Below are positions 9,710 to 20,000 of a stretch of 20,000 nucleotides of DNA, piece after piece. Source of the stretch: Lama guanicoe (taxonomy: Eukaryota). The stretch lies in NCBI GenBank assembly GCA_013239625.1, contig MU054187.1, positions 7,449,395 to 7,469,394 of the forward strand, read 5' to 3'. The notes beneath the pieces are model-generated. The model did not search any database and was not told where the DNA came from. It saw only the letters and a program-made list of their open reading frames with translations. The first letter of the stretch is position 1. Each line of letters begins with the position of its first letter. Position numbers and translations under genes: made by a program.

Positions 9710-10540
9710 ACCTGAGCGAGGATGTGCGAAAAAGAGACCTCTCATGCATGGTCGGTGGGAATATAAACACCAGTTATTGGTTCAGCTACTATGGAAAACA
9801 GTATGGAGTTTCCTCAGAAAGTTTAGAATAGAGCTGCCATATGACCCAGCAATCCCACTTCTGGGTATGTGTCCAAAGGACACGAAGCCACTGTCCTGAA
9901 GAGGCATTTGCACTCCCACGTTGACGGCAGCCTTAATCCCAGTAGTCAAGATATGGAAACAACTTAAGTAGCTGTCTGTGGATGACTGGACAAAGAAAAT
10001 GTGATGTATCCATTGGAATAATACACAAAAGTATTAGCCTCAAAAAAGAAGAAATTCCTGCCATTTGCGACAACATGGATGAGACTTGAGGGTCATGATG
10101 CTGAGTGAAATAAACCAGACAGAGAAGGACAACTACTGTGTGACCTCATCTATACGCGGACGCTAAAATAAAAACTCGTAGGAACAGTTTTTACTATGTC
10201 TCGCAGGGTAGATTGGTGGTTGCCAGGGGCTGGGGAGCAGAGGGAAAGGGAGATGTTGGTCAAACTTCCATTTCTAAGATGAATAAGTTCTGGGGGTCTG
10301 ATGAACAGCACAGCAGCATAGTTGACCAGAATGTACTATATACTCGAAAGCTGCTAAGAGAGCAGCTCTGAAGTGTTCTCACCGCGTACAAAAAACAGCA
10401 ACTATGTGCTGGAGGTGTTAGCTAACCCTAGAGTGACATTTTACAACATGTATATCGAATCATCACATTGTACACCTTCAGCTTACAGAATGTTTTCTGG
10501 CAATTATATCTCAATAAAGCTGGGGAAAGGGGAAAAAAAA
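9710..10540 (+). mobile_element. L1 fragment (degenerate ORF2 C-terminal end plus 3' UTR; L1MA9-like)
   Basis: Hallmarks 'gaggatgtg...ggtgggaat...actatggaaaacagtatggag...atatgacccagcaatcccacttctgggtat', 'gccatttgcgacaacatggat', 'caattatatctcaataaagctgg' and an A tail. No intact ORF. Confidence 0.92.
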
Positions 10541-11283
10541 TGCAGCAGAGAACTCCCCAGCGTCTGTGGACTCCTCGGTCAGGCAGCACTGACTTTCACA
10601 ACACTGCTTTGACAGTGAAGGGGCGGAGAAAATGTTTGGCTCCTGCAAGCGTGCGGAGTTGGGAAATAAGTAAATATTTATTTCATGACATTTAAAACTA
10701 AACATTTTGGAATAGGCAATACAGGGTCCCGAGTTTTAAAAGGGCGAAAAGGAGATTCAGTGTTTACCTGAACAGATTTATACACTATACAGGAATTGGT
10801 TAATATTTTTTTTCCCTACTTCATTTTCTCTCTGCTAATCAAAAATATGAATAATCGTGGACCGGCATGTAGACATATGGATGACAGTCTTTTTTGAGTT
10901 TCTTGTCACAGTTGACTTCAAATGCCAGTGAGGCCAATTTTGAGAAGGATGGATAAATAAATTCAGTATAATATACACCTTTGTATACCTACAAGGATTC
11001 TCCCTTGGTAGCAGAAAGTGCGTTTTGGATAGAAGACTCTCAATATTGATGAGGAAACAAACATACGATGCGTTGGAAGGAGTGGATTGTCAGCAAGTCA
11101 CGGGCGTGCTGCTTGCTGCAAAGCATAATATTTCAAGATATTGCATCCAGGGATTCGATCTGTGTCGCTGGGAAGGCTTCGGAGAGAACAGATGTGAAAC
11201 GTTCAGCCAAATGAGTGTGTGAGTTTTTCACATCTGTCCCTTTAATTTTCCGTATTTTTGCTTCATTTTCTGCATCGTTGGAA

Positions 11284-11318
11284 TGCTGTATCTGTCATAT
11301 GCCAACAGATGGCAATAT
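11284..11318 (+). promoter_or_regulatory. CTCF-like motif with upstream module
   Basis: Core GCCAACAGATGGCAAT (11301-11316), a near-match to the consensus, preceded by TGCTGTATC (11284-11292), which resembles the CTCF upstream motif. Confidence 0.5.
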
Positions 11319-12109
11319 TATAAGATCATTTTTTTAAGATGGTTAAAATGAACGATATTCTCTGCTGCTCCCAAATTAGTCAGATGGAAGAAACAAGATC
11401 TTTATTGGTTGTCTCTTTGGTATTACAAAATACTGTTTTTCTAAATTTTTCATAAAATAGTAGCAATGTTTTTTTTTATTTCACCGCTGCCTCCTCTTGA
11501 CTAGTTTTCTTTTTCCCTTTGCTTAACTTTTAACTTCATATCTAAATCCACCTTTGCTGTATTCTATGTGTACATCTTGATATATCTGCTAATAATGAAA
11601 GCAAAGTGTATAAGTATTGGTATAACTATTATTAATTAAGTCGTACTAAGCATATAGCATATTTAATCCAAATGAAATTTCTTTGTTTTGAGGACAAAAT
11701 GTTAACAAACCACGCTCGTATTGTCCCTCCTTTTTTGACCAATTTTTAGACTGGAAGAAGCGTTTTTATTTTAGAACCAAATGTTTGTTGACAATTTATA
11801 AACACCTCAAAAAAGTAAATGTATTTTGAATACCAAGCCTCTCTTCTCACTAGGTTAAGAATCCGGTAAAATCTGACCCCTATGGGAGAATCTCGAAAGA
11901 CATTTAAGGAGCTCTGAGTTCTGGTCGTTGGGAAGAGCTTTGAGCAAAACGCTTGAGGTGGGAGAGAAGTGGGGTTGAAGGCATTGGACTTGCATTGTTG
12001 CTGGGAGGGGGCGCACTTCCCCGCTGCATCAGCTTTATCCTGACGGAAGCCCTGTTGCCTCACAACTTCTCTTTGTCACTTTCCCGGTCCCTTTCCGCCA
12101 GAAACTAGG

Positions 12110-12305
12110 ACTCTCCCTTCACGCCTCTCTCCGTGCACCCATCACACCCTGTGTTTTCTCCATCCCTCACGCGGGCTACGCTGTGCTGCAGCAGCCTCTT
12201 TACGCACCTGCCTTCACACTGACTGTCATCTCCTTGAGGGCAGATGTCTTGATCGCAGCTGTAGCTCAAGTATCCGGATGACATGTTTTTAAAAAATCAA
12301 TTCAA
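12110..12305 (+). mobile_element. L2 3' end fragment (degenerate)
   Basis: 'ctctccgtgcacccatcacaccctgtg...cactgactgtcatctccttgagggcagatgtctt' resembles the L2 3' motif 'agactgtgagctccttgagggcagg'. Confidence 0.55.
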
Positions 12306-12454
12306 AGCGTTCTAATAAATCTTCCTGCTTCCTGTCTGTTTCCCAACTTTTGGTCCCCCTTGAAATCCAAGTCGTTTCTAAAATTCAGGTCTTGTTATGT
12401 TTATCACTTTTCCTATTGATAATTCGTTCTACAGATACCTTTTACTTTCTACTA

Positions 12455-12590
12455 GCTGTATGTACCCAGAAGCAAAGGTGAGCAGGACATCTAAGAGCCC
12501 CACTCTCATGGATCCAATATTTTAATACAATGGAAACAAGAGGAATAATTAAATAAGCAAGACAACGATTTCTGAAAAATGTCCTGAAGC
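12455..12590 (-). mobile_element. L2 fragment (degenerate)
   Basis: 'gcaaaggtgagcaggaca...gccccactctcatggatccaatattttaat...ataattaaataagcaa' resembles antisense L2. Confidence 0.45.
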
Positions 12591-12698
12591 AAATTATTTT
12601 ATATGTAAAGACTCACTTTGTAGCGTGTTCATTAAAATAGTGTGATCATTGGCAGTGATTTTAACTAAAGTCATCTTACTGGCTTTATTGAGCTTTTA

Positions 12699-13357
12699 TT
12701 TACTTTTTGAAACTAAGTTAATTTTATTTTTTAATTTTTTAATTGAAGTATAGTCAGTTTACAACGCTGTGCTGATTTCTGGTGTACAGCATAATGTTTC
12801 AGTGACGTATATTTGTTTTCATATTTGTTTCGATGCTTTTTCATATAGACTACTACAAGATACTGAATACAGTTCCCTGTGTTATATAGAAGAAACTTGT
12901 TGTTCATCTATTTTATATATAGTAGTTAGTATCTGCAAATCTCTAACTCCCAATTTATCCCTTCACACCCCCTTTCCCCCTGGTAACTGTAAGTTTATTT
13001 TCTATGTCTGTAAGTCTGTTTCATTTTGTAAATAAGTTCATTGGTGTCTTTTTTTTTTCAGATTTCACATATGAGTGATATCTTTTGGTATTTTCTTTCT
13101 CTTTCTGGCTTATTTTACTTAGAATGACAGTCTCCAGGTCTATCTATGTTGCTGCAAATGGCATTATTTTATTCCTTTTTATGGCTGAGTAGTATTCCAT
13201 TGTATAATTATACCATGATTTTTTATCCAGTCATCGGTCTGTGGACATTTAGGTTGTTTCCATGTCTTGGCTATTGTAAATAGTGCTGCTATGAACAGTG
13301 GGGTGCATGTATCTTATCAAATTAGAGTTCCCTCTGAATATATACCCACGAGTGGAA
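12699..13357 (-). mobile_element. L1 3' end (~660 bp, camelid type), 5'-truncated, with TSD
   Basis: T-rich tail, then 'ttgaagtatagtcagtttacaa...tttttatggctgagtagtattccattgtata...ggctattgtaaatagtgctgctatgaac...atatacccacgagtgg'. TSD attgagctttta (12687-12698) / attaagctttta (13358-13369) contains an L1 endonuclease-type TTTT/AA site. Confidence 0.93.
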
Positions 13358-13599
13358 ATTAAGCTTTTAAGTTAAATTCTGGCACCTCCCACATCAGTAG
13401 GCCTGTATCTGTTACATGTTGATTCTTTCAATGGTTTAAAAAATATCCCACAGACTTGTTCTTATTAAGGTTTTTACAAACTTTTAAACATAATGAGAGC
13501 ACAAATAAATCAGACTTCAGGAAGGAGAGCTTAGCAATACTTAATATTGCTATATAGCATTTTAGGATTTTTCATCCTTGAGGTAGGAAATCGAAGAGG

Positions 13600-13780
13600 G
13601 AATCTGATGGAGCAGAAAGAGCAGGAGGTCAAGAATCTTTGGTCTCCTTTTGATTCCTAACTCTTCTGTTGGTTACCTATGTGACCTTGAATAATTTGCA
13701 GCACATTGCGCTCATCTATAAAAGAGACTCTTGAAGTTGAAAATCGCTGAATTCCTTTTCGGTGTTAGAATTTTATGATG
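13600..13780 (+). mobile_element. MIR (MIR3-like) fragment
   Basis: 'ggagcagaaagagcaggaggtcaagaatct...ttacctatgtgaccttgaataattt...ctcatctataaaa...ttccttttc...ttagaattttatgat'. Confidence 0.65.
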
Positions 13781-14161
13781 AAGTGCAGCAAGCAGGAATA
13801 GATAGAGCTCTATGTTATGTAAAGGGAACCCCATCTGTGAAATTTTGGCTATCTTTATAAAAGAAGTTAAGTTAAAAAAATTAATTTTATTTGCCTACCC
13901 TTTTTATAGTGTTATTGTGTTTTCTCAACATTGCTCACTCCAACCACAGTCTTAGCCCACATCTTAGTTGATTCATAAATCACTTCCACCCAGTGATTAC
14001 TTCCTCTTCCCTGCTGGCCCCTTTGTCATCCTGTCTCTTTGTTCCCAGTCTACGTCATTGGCTGCTCTTGGGACCTCCCTTGTTTGCTTCCTCACTTCTG
14101 AACAGTGGTGGGCCAGGGCCACGGCCTGATTCTCTGTCCTGCCTACTGTTATTCTAATGTT

Positions 14162-14357
14162 CTTATGTTAGTCGTTTATTGCTGCATAACAAATTTTCCC
14201 CAAATTAGCAGCTTAAAACAATACACGTTTATCACCTTACACTTTCTGTGGGTAAAGACCGTGGGCACAGCATAGCGGGGTCCTGTAATTTAGGATTTCT
14301 CATGAGGCTGCAATAAAGGTGTCAGCGGAGACTAGGGTCTTATCTGAAGGCTCACCG
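14162..14357 (-). mobile_element. MLT1-type MaLR LTR fragment
   Basis: 'ttagtcgtttattgctgcataacaaattttccccaaattagcagcttaaaacaatacacgtttatc...ctgtgggt...ggctgcaataaaggtgtcagc...atctgaaggctc' is the antisense 3' portion of an MLT1 LTR. Confidence 0.85.
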
Positions 14358-14454
14358 AATGGAGCATTCTTAATTCCACTTCTTGTTAAAGAGAAAGAGG
14401 ACTAATTTAATGTCTGGTAAGCAAAAAGGATAAAGCATGACCACTCACCTCCTC

Positions 14455-14623
14455 TGTTCACTGCTGCTGTCCAGCAGCATAAGAGAGCATCAGAGGCAGA
14501 TCGCTCGCCCTGGAAAAGAACAAGATTCAAAGTCTGAAGGTGGTTTCTACTGAATTCTTACTGCTTTGCACCACTGTAAAGTCAAAAAATCATAAGTTGA
14601 ACCATTGTAATTCAGAGACCATC
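14455..14623 (+). mobile_element. MER47B/Tigger5-type DNA transposon fragment (TcMar-Tigger), terminal portion
   Basis: 'gccctggaaaagaacaagattcaaagtctgaagg...ggtttctactgaat...gctttgcaccactgtaaagtcaaaaaatcataagttgaaccattgtaattcagagaccatc' matches the recalled MER47 terminal sequence with CpG decay. Confidence 0.8.
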
Positions 14624-14874
14624 ATTGAAATGTGGTGAGAAAGTGATATGATCTAATTTGTACCTCAATTCTCTTCCTTTCAGACAATATTCTTTAAAAC
14701 ATCTCCCATACAATATGTCTGCTTTTATGTTTGTTTTTTAAATTTCTTCTTTTCTTGTTTTATTTATTTAGCAAAGCCATGGCTACCACAGCAAAAAGCA
14801 GTTGCTAGATTTAAGGAAAATATTCACCCATTTTACACTTTCTACTCTCAAGCATAATAGCAAAAGAATCCTCG

Positions 14875-15030
14875 AGCAAGAGATAGATCTGAGTTTGCAT
14901 CTTAACTCTACTGCTATTTGTGAAAATTTGGGAAAAAAAAACAAACAAACAAAACCCTGTACCTTCTTTATTTTTCTGTTTCCTTGTCTGTAAAACAAAA
15001 GAGTTGTATCGCAACATCTACAAAAGAGCT
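14875..15030 (+). mobile_element. MIR fragment (degenerate)
   Basis: 'agatctgagtttgcatcttaactctactgctatttgtgaaaatttggg...tctgtttccttgtctgtaaaacaaaagagttg'. Confidence 0.5.
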
Positions 15031-16977
15031 TTCTGCTTGCAAGTTTTGCAGTCTTTCTCCCAGAGGCGTGGGGTTACTTCCAGCAAATTCTTAACAAATA
15101 TATGACATCTGCTTAAGATGACACCCATTTTTACCTTAGAGTCTCTGTTGTTGGGTCAGTCTACTTAAATGAAGTTATCTACTGACACACATACCCGCAG
15201 GCTCTTGACTTTCCCCTGTGCCTCCAAACTACAAAATACTCCTGTGTTCATCTATGAGATTAGAGGATAAAAGATAGAGAAGGTGTAAAGGAGCTGTTTC
15301 ATTCTATTACATGACCAAGCTTCATGATAGCCGTTGAATTGGCTGTTGGCCAAGTCTCATAATTAATTGGCTTGTTGGTCACTGGGAGAAGTACAACAAC
15401 TTGTAGTATGAAATGGTGTCACGTTGGGTTAAATGGCTCTGAGAATGGGGTTACCTCTAAGATCAATCCTGGAATCTTTGATACTCACAGCGGTCACAAG
15501 AGTCCGCCTTGAGTTTGGCTGAATCCCCTGCCCTGCGGACCGTCCCCTAAGGGAGCACACCCGCTCCTTTCTCCTGAGTGTGAGCGTCTTCACAGTAGTT
15601 CAGGATGTGACAAACTGTTTGCTTTTCCTGCTTCTTTCGCCCCAAACAGATGATGTGGACCAATTCAGCTTGGTCACGCATCCATTTTCCTTTTTAAAAA
15701 ATTTTGCAAAGAGTTCTTATGCACAGTTAAAGCTGAAAATTGGCACTTGGGCACAGCAGGGGACACATTCTCTGTTTTGAATTTAGGTTTTCATTTTATC
15801 AAGTAACACACTCCCCTTCTCTCCCCCAGAGCAGCTTGGAGGACCTTCCCTCGAGTCTGTATTTATTGCAAAAATATAGAGCCACGGGCCAGATTTTAAT
15901 TCTATTAACTTTCCTATGCAATGGATGTTCAAAAGAGAAATGCTGATTAAATTTATATATAAAAGCTAGACATTTGGAGGCAAATATTTTTTAAGATATA
16001 ACTGCTTCTCTAATGTCCTTTCTCTAGGGCTGTAACTATTAATTTAGATCCGAGGCCCACTTTGTGTTTTCCAGTCGCTCACGTGGTTTGTCTATAAACA
16101 GTTTGTTTATGGAAGCTAAATGTCTTGTTTTTAAATAAGAGTGTGATATTGTTACTGCTCGTGGCGAACTCCAGCCTAATTTAATAATTCGCCTGGTACA
16201 GGTTTTCTAATTGAATTGTGTTAGTTATTGACAATATAAGGGACTCAGCTACCTGAGCAGGAAGCTGGAGTTTACAGAAGGATCGCTTGGAAAATGAGAA
16301 TTTAAAGAAACACTCTGAGACCAATGGGGACTGTTAAAAGCTTGGATAATGTAATGTAATGTCACCCAGAACTCTGGGTGTACAAACTGCAGATTTATGC
16401 AAGCAATTAATAGTGTCTTGCCAAGAGAGTCAGTAGGCTTTTCAAAAGGAATCTTTCTTTGTGTCTTTTGATATTTAAAGAGCTGTAATTACAATGGCAG
16501 AGCTTTGAATTCTTTTTTTTCCCCCATCCTCTTATACACATTAATTTATGGACCAATCCAGTATTACAGACAAGCTAATGAAAGAACCACATACTTCCTT
16601 TATAATTTTTTTTTACAGTTTCACTTGTGAAGATGAATGTAAAGTAGTTAATGCTATAAATAAGGACAATGATGTATCTCTTCTCTCAATTGCCCCTTGT
16701 TGATGCTGTAATCTCGCACAATAGAAGAAAAGAATTGAATTTAAATCTCTACCCATCTCGTTTTCTTCTCTCTTGCGCACCAGTTAAGAAATTCAAATGT
16801 TTCTGCCGTTACGAGGTGTTTGAAAAAAAGACTCAATCTGGACCCCCACCCCCACTCTTTAATTTTAGAGTTATGGAAGACTTGGGGAAAAATTTAATAA
16901 CTTCTGCAGTCAGCTTGGGTGTTCATTGCCAGTTTCAAGGTTTAGCATCTTAGCTTCTCAGTAATAATTCCACTCCC

Positions 16978-17414
16978 CCTACTTTATTGAGGCATAACTG
17001 ACAAATAAAAATTGTTTATATTTAAGATGTACTAGGTGATGGTTTGATATACACCGTGAAATGATTGCCACCATCAAGTTAATTAACACATCCATCACGT
17101 CACATAGTTACACGTCTTGTTCAGTGTGTATGTGGTGAAGCTCTACTCTCTCAGCAAATTGCAAGTGTGTAATTCAGTCTTATGAACTGTAGTCACCACG
17201 CTGTACATTAAACCTCCAGAACTTACTCATCTCATAATTGAAAGTTTGTACCCTTTGACCTGCATCGCCCCGTTCCCCGACTCCCCAGCTCCTGGTGACC
17301 ACCATTCTATTCTCTGGTTCTATGAGTTTGACGTTTTTAGATTCCACGTGTAAATGAGATCACGCGGCATTTGTTGCTCTGTGTCAGGCTCACTTCTCTT
17401 AGCATAATAACCTC
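16978..17414 (-). mobile_element. L1 3' UTR fragment (L1MA8/9-like)
   Basis: 'ctttattgaggcataactgacaaataaaaattg...aattaacacatccatcac...ctactctctcagcaaatt...gaaagtttgtaccctttgacc...ttttagattccac...cttagcataat'. Confidence 0.92.
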
Positions 17415-17974
17415 TTGCACGCTGGTCAGGGCTGGGAAGAAGCCTCCTGTGATTCGCGTACTCAGATCCCTGGTCTGCAGTGCGCTGTACCGTGTGCGGT
17501 CCACTGACAACGCCCCTTCAAATGTTCATAAAAATCGTCCAGCTTCTTAGGGGAGTACCTTGACCAGAGAACATGGCTGTGTTCTCTGAATGTTCAAAGT
17601 TCTCTTTCAAAAGTCTGAAATGATACTTGCTTTTCCTGAAAACAAGCCATTGTTGAATGCAACTTAACTAAATTAGGCATAAAGCGTGTTAGGACATTTT
17701 ACTGAAATAGCCTTTGAGTACAAGGCTGAGGCCGGGACACAGGGAATTCAAATACCTGGGGTCCAAAACATGAGCCAAAATCATATTACATTTATAGAAG
17801 CATCAGGGCCAAGACTCTTCAAATCCTTTCTCCGTGCAGTGAGTCATATGAATTTTCTCAACAAAATACACGTTGTGCTGCTCCCAGGTTTGGGATGTGA
17901 TGACGTGGTCCAGCATTCCAACACCAGGGATGCGGGTTCTCTCAATTCATTGTCATATGCACTTCCTCCATGAC

Positions 17975-18115
17975 CGTAGGCTTTGAAGGGACCTCTGCAT
18001 CACCTAATCCAATTTTCGTGTACTTCCTGGGTGATAAAACTGAGATCCTGAAAAGGAAAGTGGCTCACTAGGGTCCAGCAGAGAATGGATGCAGAGCAGG
18101 AGTTAGGTCTCCATG
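17975..18115 (-). mobile_element. MIR fragment (degenerate)
   Basis: 'gaagggacctctgcatcacctaatccaatt...gataaaactgagatcctgaaaaggaaagtggct...gcagagcagga'. Confidence 0.55.
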
Positions 18116-18948
18116 AGTGAGGACGGCTCGTCCTTCTGCAATCCAAACATTTGTTTTAATGACATCCGCCAGTTCAGCAGGGTCAGAGCGGGAACAGTCA
18201 CTTCGCTGATTTTTCTGTTTGTTGACCCTTTTAAACTGTAATTTCCTTAAGGACAAAGTCCCTGTGTGTTTCATTTGCTCCATGGGCTACCTGGGAGGAC
18301 TTGATGAGGAATAATGAGAGTGTCTAATTGTATGGCACTCGAGCAGCTACACAGCATCATTTTTCTAAAACCAGCTTTGGGTATCTTCACCTTGACACTG
18401 CAAATGTTTTGGGGAATGGTTTGGTTCAGCTGAACAATTCCAGAAGGGAGTCATTAAATTTGAACCCTATTCAAGACCATGAGAAGGCTTCTTGAGAAAA
18501 CTGGAACCCGCATGATAAACATAATTTAATAAATCTTTAAGCATAATTTTGTAGACAGCAAATTATAAGGAATATATAGGGACAGGCTGAGGACATTAGC
18601 TCTACGTTGGTTCTATCAAAACCACATATTTGGTTTTCTTCTGTAAAGTCGTTTACTGGTCTGTCATGGTATTTCAAACTAGTGTTAACTAGTTTGGAAA
18701 CTCTGAAAAACTTGGGACACTTCCTCCCCTTACATCACAACTTGTGTACTAGTTGCAAAGAACTGCCAGATATTTTGTCTACATTTGTTTACGATTCAAC
18801 CTCTAAGTCCTGGGTGATTATTAGCTGTCTTGCCATACTAAAACTCACCGCTGTTTCTAATTTGTGACTGCACAGATCAACATGGGGACAAGGAAGATAG
18901 CCAGTCACCTAGTTCTTCTCTTTTATAGACATGAGGTTGTGCGCATAC

Positions 18949-19425
18949 TGTTAAAGAAAAAAAATTCATGAAACTTGACACTTGTTAAAGGCTGCACGGA
19001 AGACTTTATTCAAGGGGGACCTACTACAACGGGGTTTGGCAGCAAGGGCCAGAGATCACGCTCAACCCCAGCTACAACAAGGAAGAACGGGACCTTACAG
19101 CCAAGGAGCAGCGTGGAGGCCAGTGGATGGAAATGTCTGGAGTGAGCGGATTCGGGCTAAACCAGCCGAGCAGGATTCTTGGCGAAAGCAGCCAGGGTGA
19201 TCAGGTACCCCCCAGGGGATGGCTGAAGATGAGGGGTCCGACCAGGTATCAAAGGTGATCAAATGTGGAGAATGGAAGGGCGATGTTTTCTGTTCAACTG
19301 ACTTAGCAGGATTCTTGTTAAAAGAGGACAATTTAGAGACAAATACAGAAATCCAAAAAGGTCAAGGCCTGGTTGAAAAAAGAGCCCAGAAGAGGCTGAT
19401 TTTAGAGTTTGGTCAAGGAGAAAAT
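18949..19425 (-). mobile_element. MER31-like ERV1 solo LTR
   Basis: 'tgttaaagaaaaa...gacacttgttaaag...gactttattca...agccaaggagcag...cagtggatggaaa...aactgacttagcaggattcttg...agagtttggtcaagga' matches the recalled antisense MER31. AATAAA on the minus strand at 19005-19010; CA terminus at 18949. The far terminus looks eroded. Confidence 0.85.
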
Positions 19426-19834
19426 AAAAGAGAAGGCAGGTGATGAAGTAAATATTCTGGTAAGAATATATACAGCTAAAACCAACCTAATTAACGGTGT
19501 TTCACAGAGGGAGAGTCCTGATCTGTAGAAAATTTTAGCAGGCTGTCTCTGATTTGGAATGCTTATGGTAAACACATCTAGAATCTACAAATTTACGGGA
19601 CATGGCTTAGAAAATGTCACAGGTCCAACTTTCTGGATATTATTCAGGGGTATTTCATAACCTGGAATGCTCCTTGCCAGGTGAGAAAAGCCATGCTTTA
19701 CGTGGAGAAGTCAACCCATTTCCCAGAGCTAGAGGATGCAATGGATGCAAAAAGTGAAGACCCTGAGGGCTGCATGTGGGATTCAGGCCTCGTCTTGCTG
19801 TGTCTGTGCATCTTAGCTTCTTGTGCTCTGGAAA

Positions 19835-19935
19835 CTATGAGCAAAGCTTGATACTGGGTAAGATCCTTGACTCATATGAGTGACTTGGCTGCCTGACCCT
19901 TCGGTTAGCTCATCTATGACACAGGAAAATAAGCT
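19835..19935 (+). mobile_element. MIR fragment (degenerate)
   Basis: 'ctgggtaagatccttgactc...gagtgacttggc...cggttagctcatctatgacacaggaaaataa'. Confidence 0.45.
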
Positions 19936-20000
19936 TTGCTTTCCTTCCACGTTCTTTCTCAGTGATGCTCGCTTGTAGAAGTGATATTAGTGGTTTTTTT

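Noticed and set aside
14772..14808. Strong acceptor followed by Kozak-like GCCATGG
   Set aside because: The ATG opens only 9 codons (MATTAKSSC*), no good downstream donor is evident and the sequence runs into a MIR relic.
7021..17414. Oppositely oriented L1 fragments as dsRNA/ADAR substrates
   Set aside because: By eye the older copies are substantially diverged and kilobases apart, and the younger opposed copies are 6-8 kb apart. There is no evidence of co-transcription.
17565..17588. AGAACA...TGTTCT palindrome resembling a GRE/ARE
   Set aside because: The spacer is 6 nt rather than the canonical 3 nt, and a 9-bp inverted repeat can arise by chance in 20 kb.
379..19443. All other supplied ORFs (60-112 aa)
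   Set aside because: Many use non-ATG starts or lie within LTR, L1, SINE or MIR sequence. None resembles a protein family I recognise, and their lengths are typical of chance ORFs in mammalian non-coding DNA.
19580..19852. ~90-codon stop-to-stop open frame containing a CAG|GTGAGA donor at 19681
   Set aside because: No good upstream polypyrimidine acceptor, no recognisable homology, and the end overlaps a MIR-like relic.
1..20000. CRISPR array, operon, or non-retroviral endogenous viral element
   Set aside because: No regularly spaced repeats, no gene-dense architecture and no viral-like coding remnants are visible. The repeat content is entirely mammalian.

Overview
Non-coding mammalian genomic DNA (intronic or intergenic), most likely from a camelid (camel/llama/alpaca). 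The lineage call rests on a Vic-1-like tRNA-derived SINE and camelid/cetartiodactyl-type L1 3' ends. I found no recognisable protein-coding gene, functional RNA gene, CRISPR array or prokaryotic system. The supplied ORFs are short, resemble no family I recognise and often lie in repeats. A substantial part of the window is interspersed repeat: two ERV1-type solo LTRs, an MLT1 fragment, a MER47/Tigger5 fragment, six L1 3' fragments, one young SINE and several MIR/L2 relics. The unique sequence holds candidate regulatory or structural signals: co-oriented CTCF motifs (3525, 11284), a 10-bp-phased octamer triplet (5584), a direct-inverted-direct micro-triplication (8706-8796), a CACGTG cluster (8.4-9.3 kb), a strong hairpin (11185-11240) and a motif-dense enhancer-like block (16.07-16.67 kb). 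Repeat family names come from my recollection of consensus sequences, not a database search, and old-repeat boundaries are approximate. The sequence does not support a novel biological system; the findings are hypotheses.
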